IMG/VR virus record: IMGVR_UViG_3300044475_000089
Span: 1-33,820 of that record
DNA: 33,820 nucleotides
Direction: 5' to 3' (one strand)
Source of the DNA: a virus
Lineage: Duplodnaviria > Caudoviricetes
Both the position numbers and the translations under genes were made by a program. Of this stretch, positions 33,649-33,820 are shown in pieces. Position 1 is the first letter of the stretch. Every line of letters starts with the position of its first letter. The notes below the pieces were generated by a model, which saw only the letters and a program-made list of their open reading frames with translations, was not told the origin of the DNA and did no database searches.

Positions 33649-33820
33649 TTGATCTCCACCGCCAACATCACCATGCAGTTCGGCTCCAAGCCGCTGTTCG
33701 AAAACGTTTCCGTCAAATTCAACAACGGCAACCGCTACGGCCTGATCGGCGCCAACGGTTGCGGCAAGTCGACCTTCATGAAGATCCTCGGCGGTGACCT
33801 GGAGCCATCCGGTGGCCAAG
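33649..33820 (+). CDS. ybiT: Host ABC-F family ATPase, 5' part (likely integration target)
   Basis: Read by hand from TTG 33649: [57 protein letters not shown]; Walker [10 protein letters not shown]; strongly host-like codons. Confidence 0.88.
   Translation, partial: MISTANITMQFGSKPLFENVSVKFNNGNRYGLIGANGCGKSTFMKILGGDLEPSGGQ

Larger units (their letters stand above)
1..33650. mobile_element. Lambdoid/HK97-like siphovirus prophage (left end outside the window)
   Basis: Canonical gene order tail-head-terminase-holin-late regulator-nin-replication-cro/cI-early operon-xis-int, followed by a host housekeeping gene. Confidence 0.97.

Noticed and set aside
1-33820. CRISPR array, tRNA/rRNA genes, diversity-generating retroelement or invertible tail-fibre shufflon
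   Set aside because: No regularly spaced repeats, cloverleaf, reverse transcriptase or invertase with flanking inverted sites seen by eye; the tail-tip repeats differ at all base types, not only adenines. Tail fibre genes beyond the left edge cannot be assessed.

Overview
Almost the whole window (1 to about 33650) is an integrated lambdoid/HK97-like siphovirus prophage. The host is inferred to be Pseudomonas (probably putida group) from gene families and codon style. The minus strand carries, from right to left: cro, replication genes (O-like initiator with internal iterons, DnaC-like loader), a nin-like region, a putative late regulator, holin, HNH, terminase, portal, protease, capsid, head-tail and tail genes; the tail module runs off the left edge. 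The plus strand carries cI and the pL early operon, ending in xis and int. The prophage abuts the 5' end of a host ABC-F ATPase gene (ybiT-like), which is the likely attachment site. Much of the regulation is readable from the sequence: five CI operators, pR, pL and pR'-like promoters, a boxA, two LexA boxes and a lambda-identical GGGAAAG frameshift site. The most unusual features are (i) a second, catalytically intact arm-type tyrosine recombinase in the nin region with its own att-like repeats, (ii) three reverse-oriented inserts in the pL operon, including an ADP-ribosyltransferase-like protein and a coiled-coil membrane protein, each followed by a hairpin-RBS linker, two of which are near-identical repeats, (iii) no recognisable cII or N despite a boxA and a structured pL leader, and (iv) an HK97 gp15-position membrane moron. 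All family assignments come from motif recognition and synteny, not from database searches.
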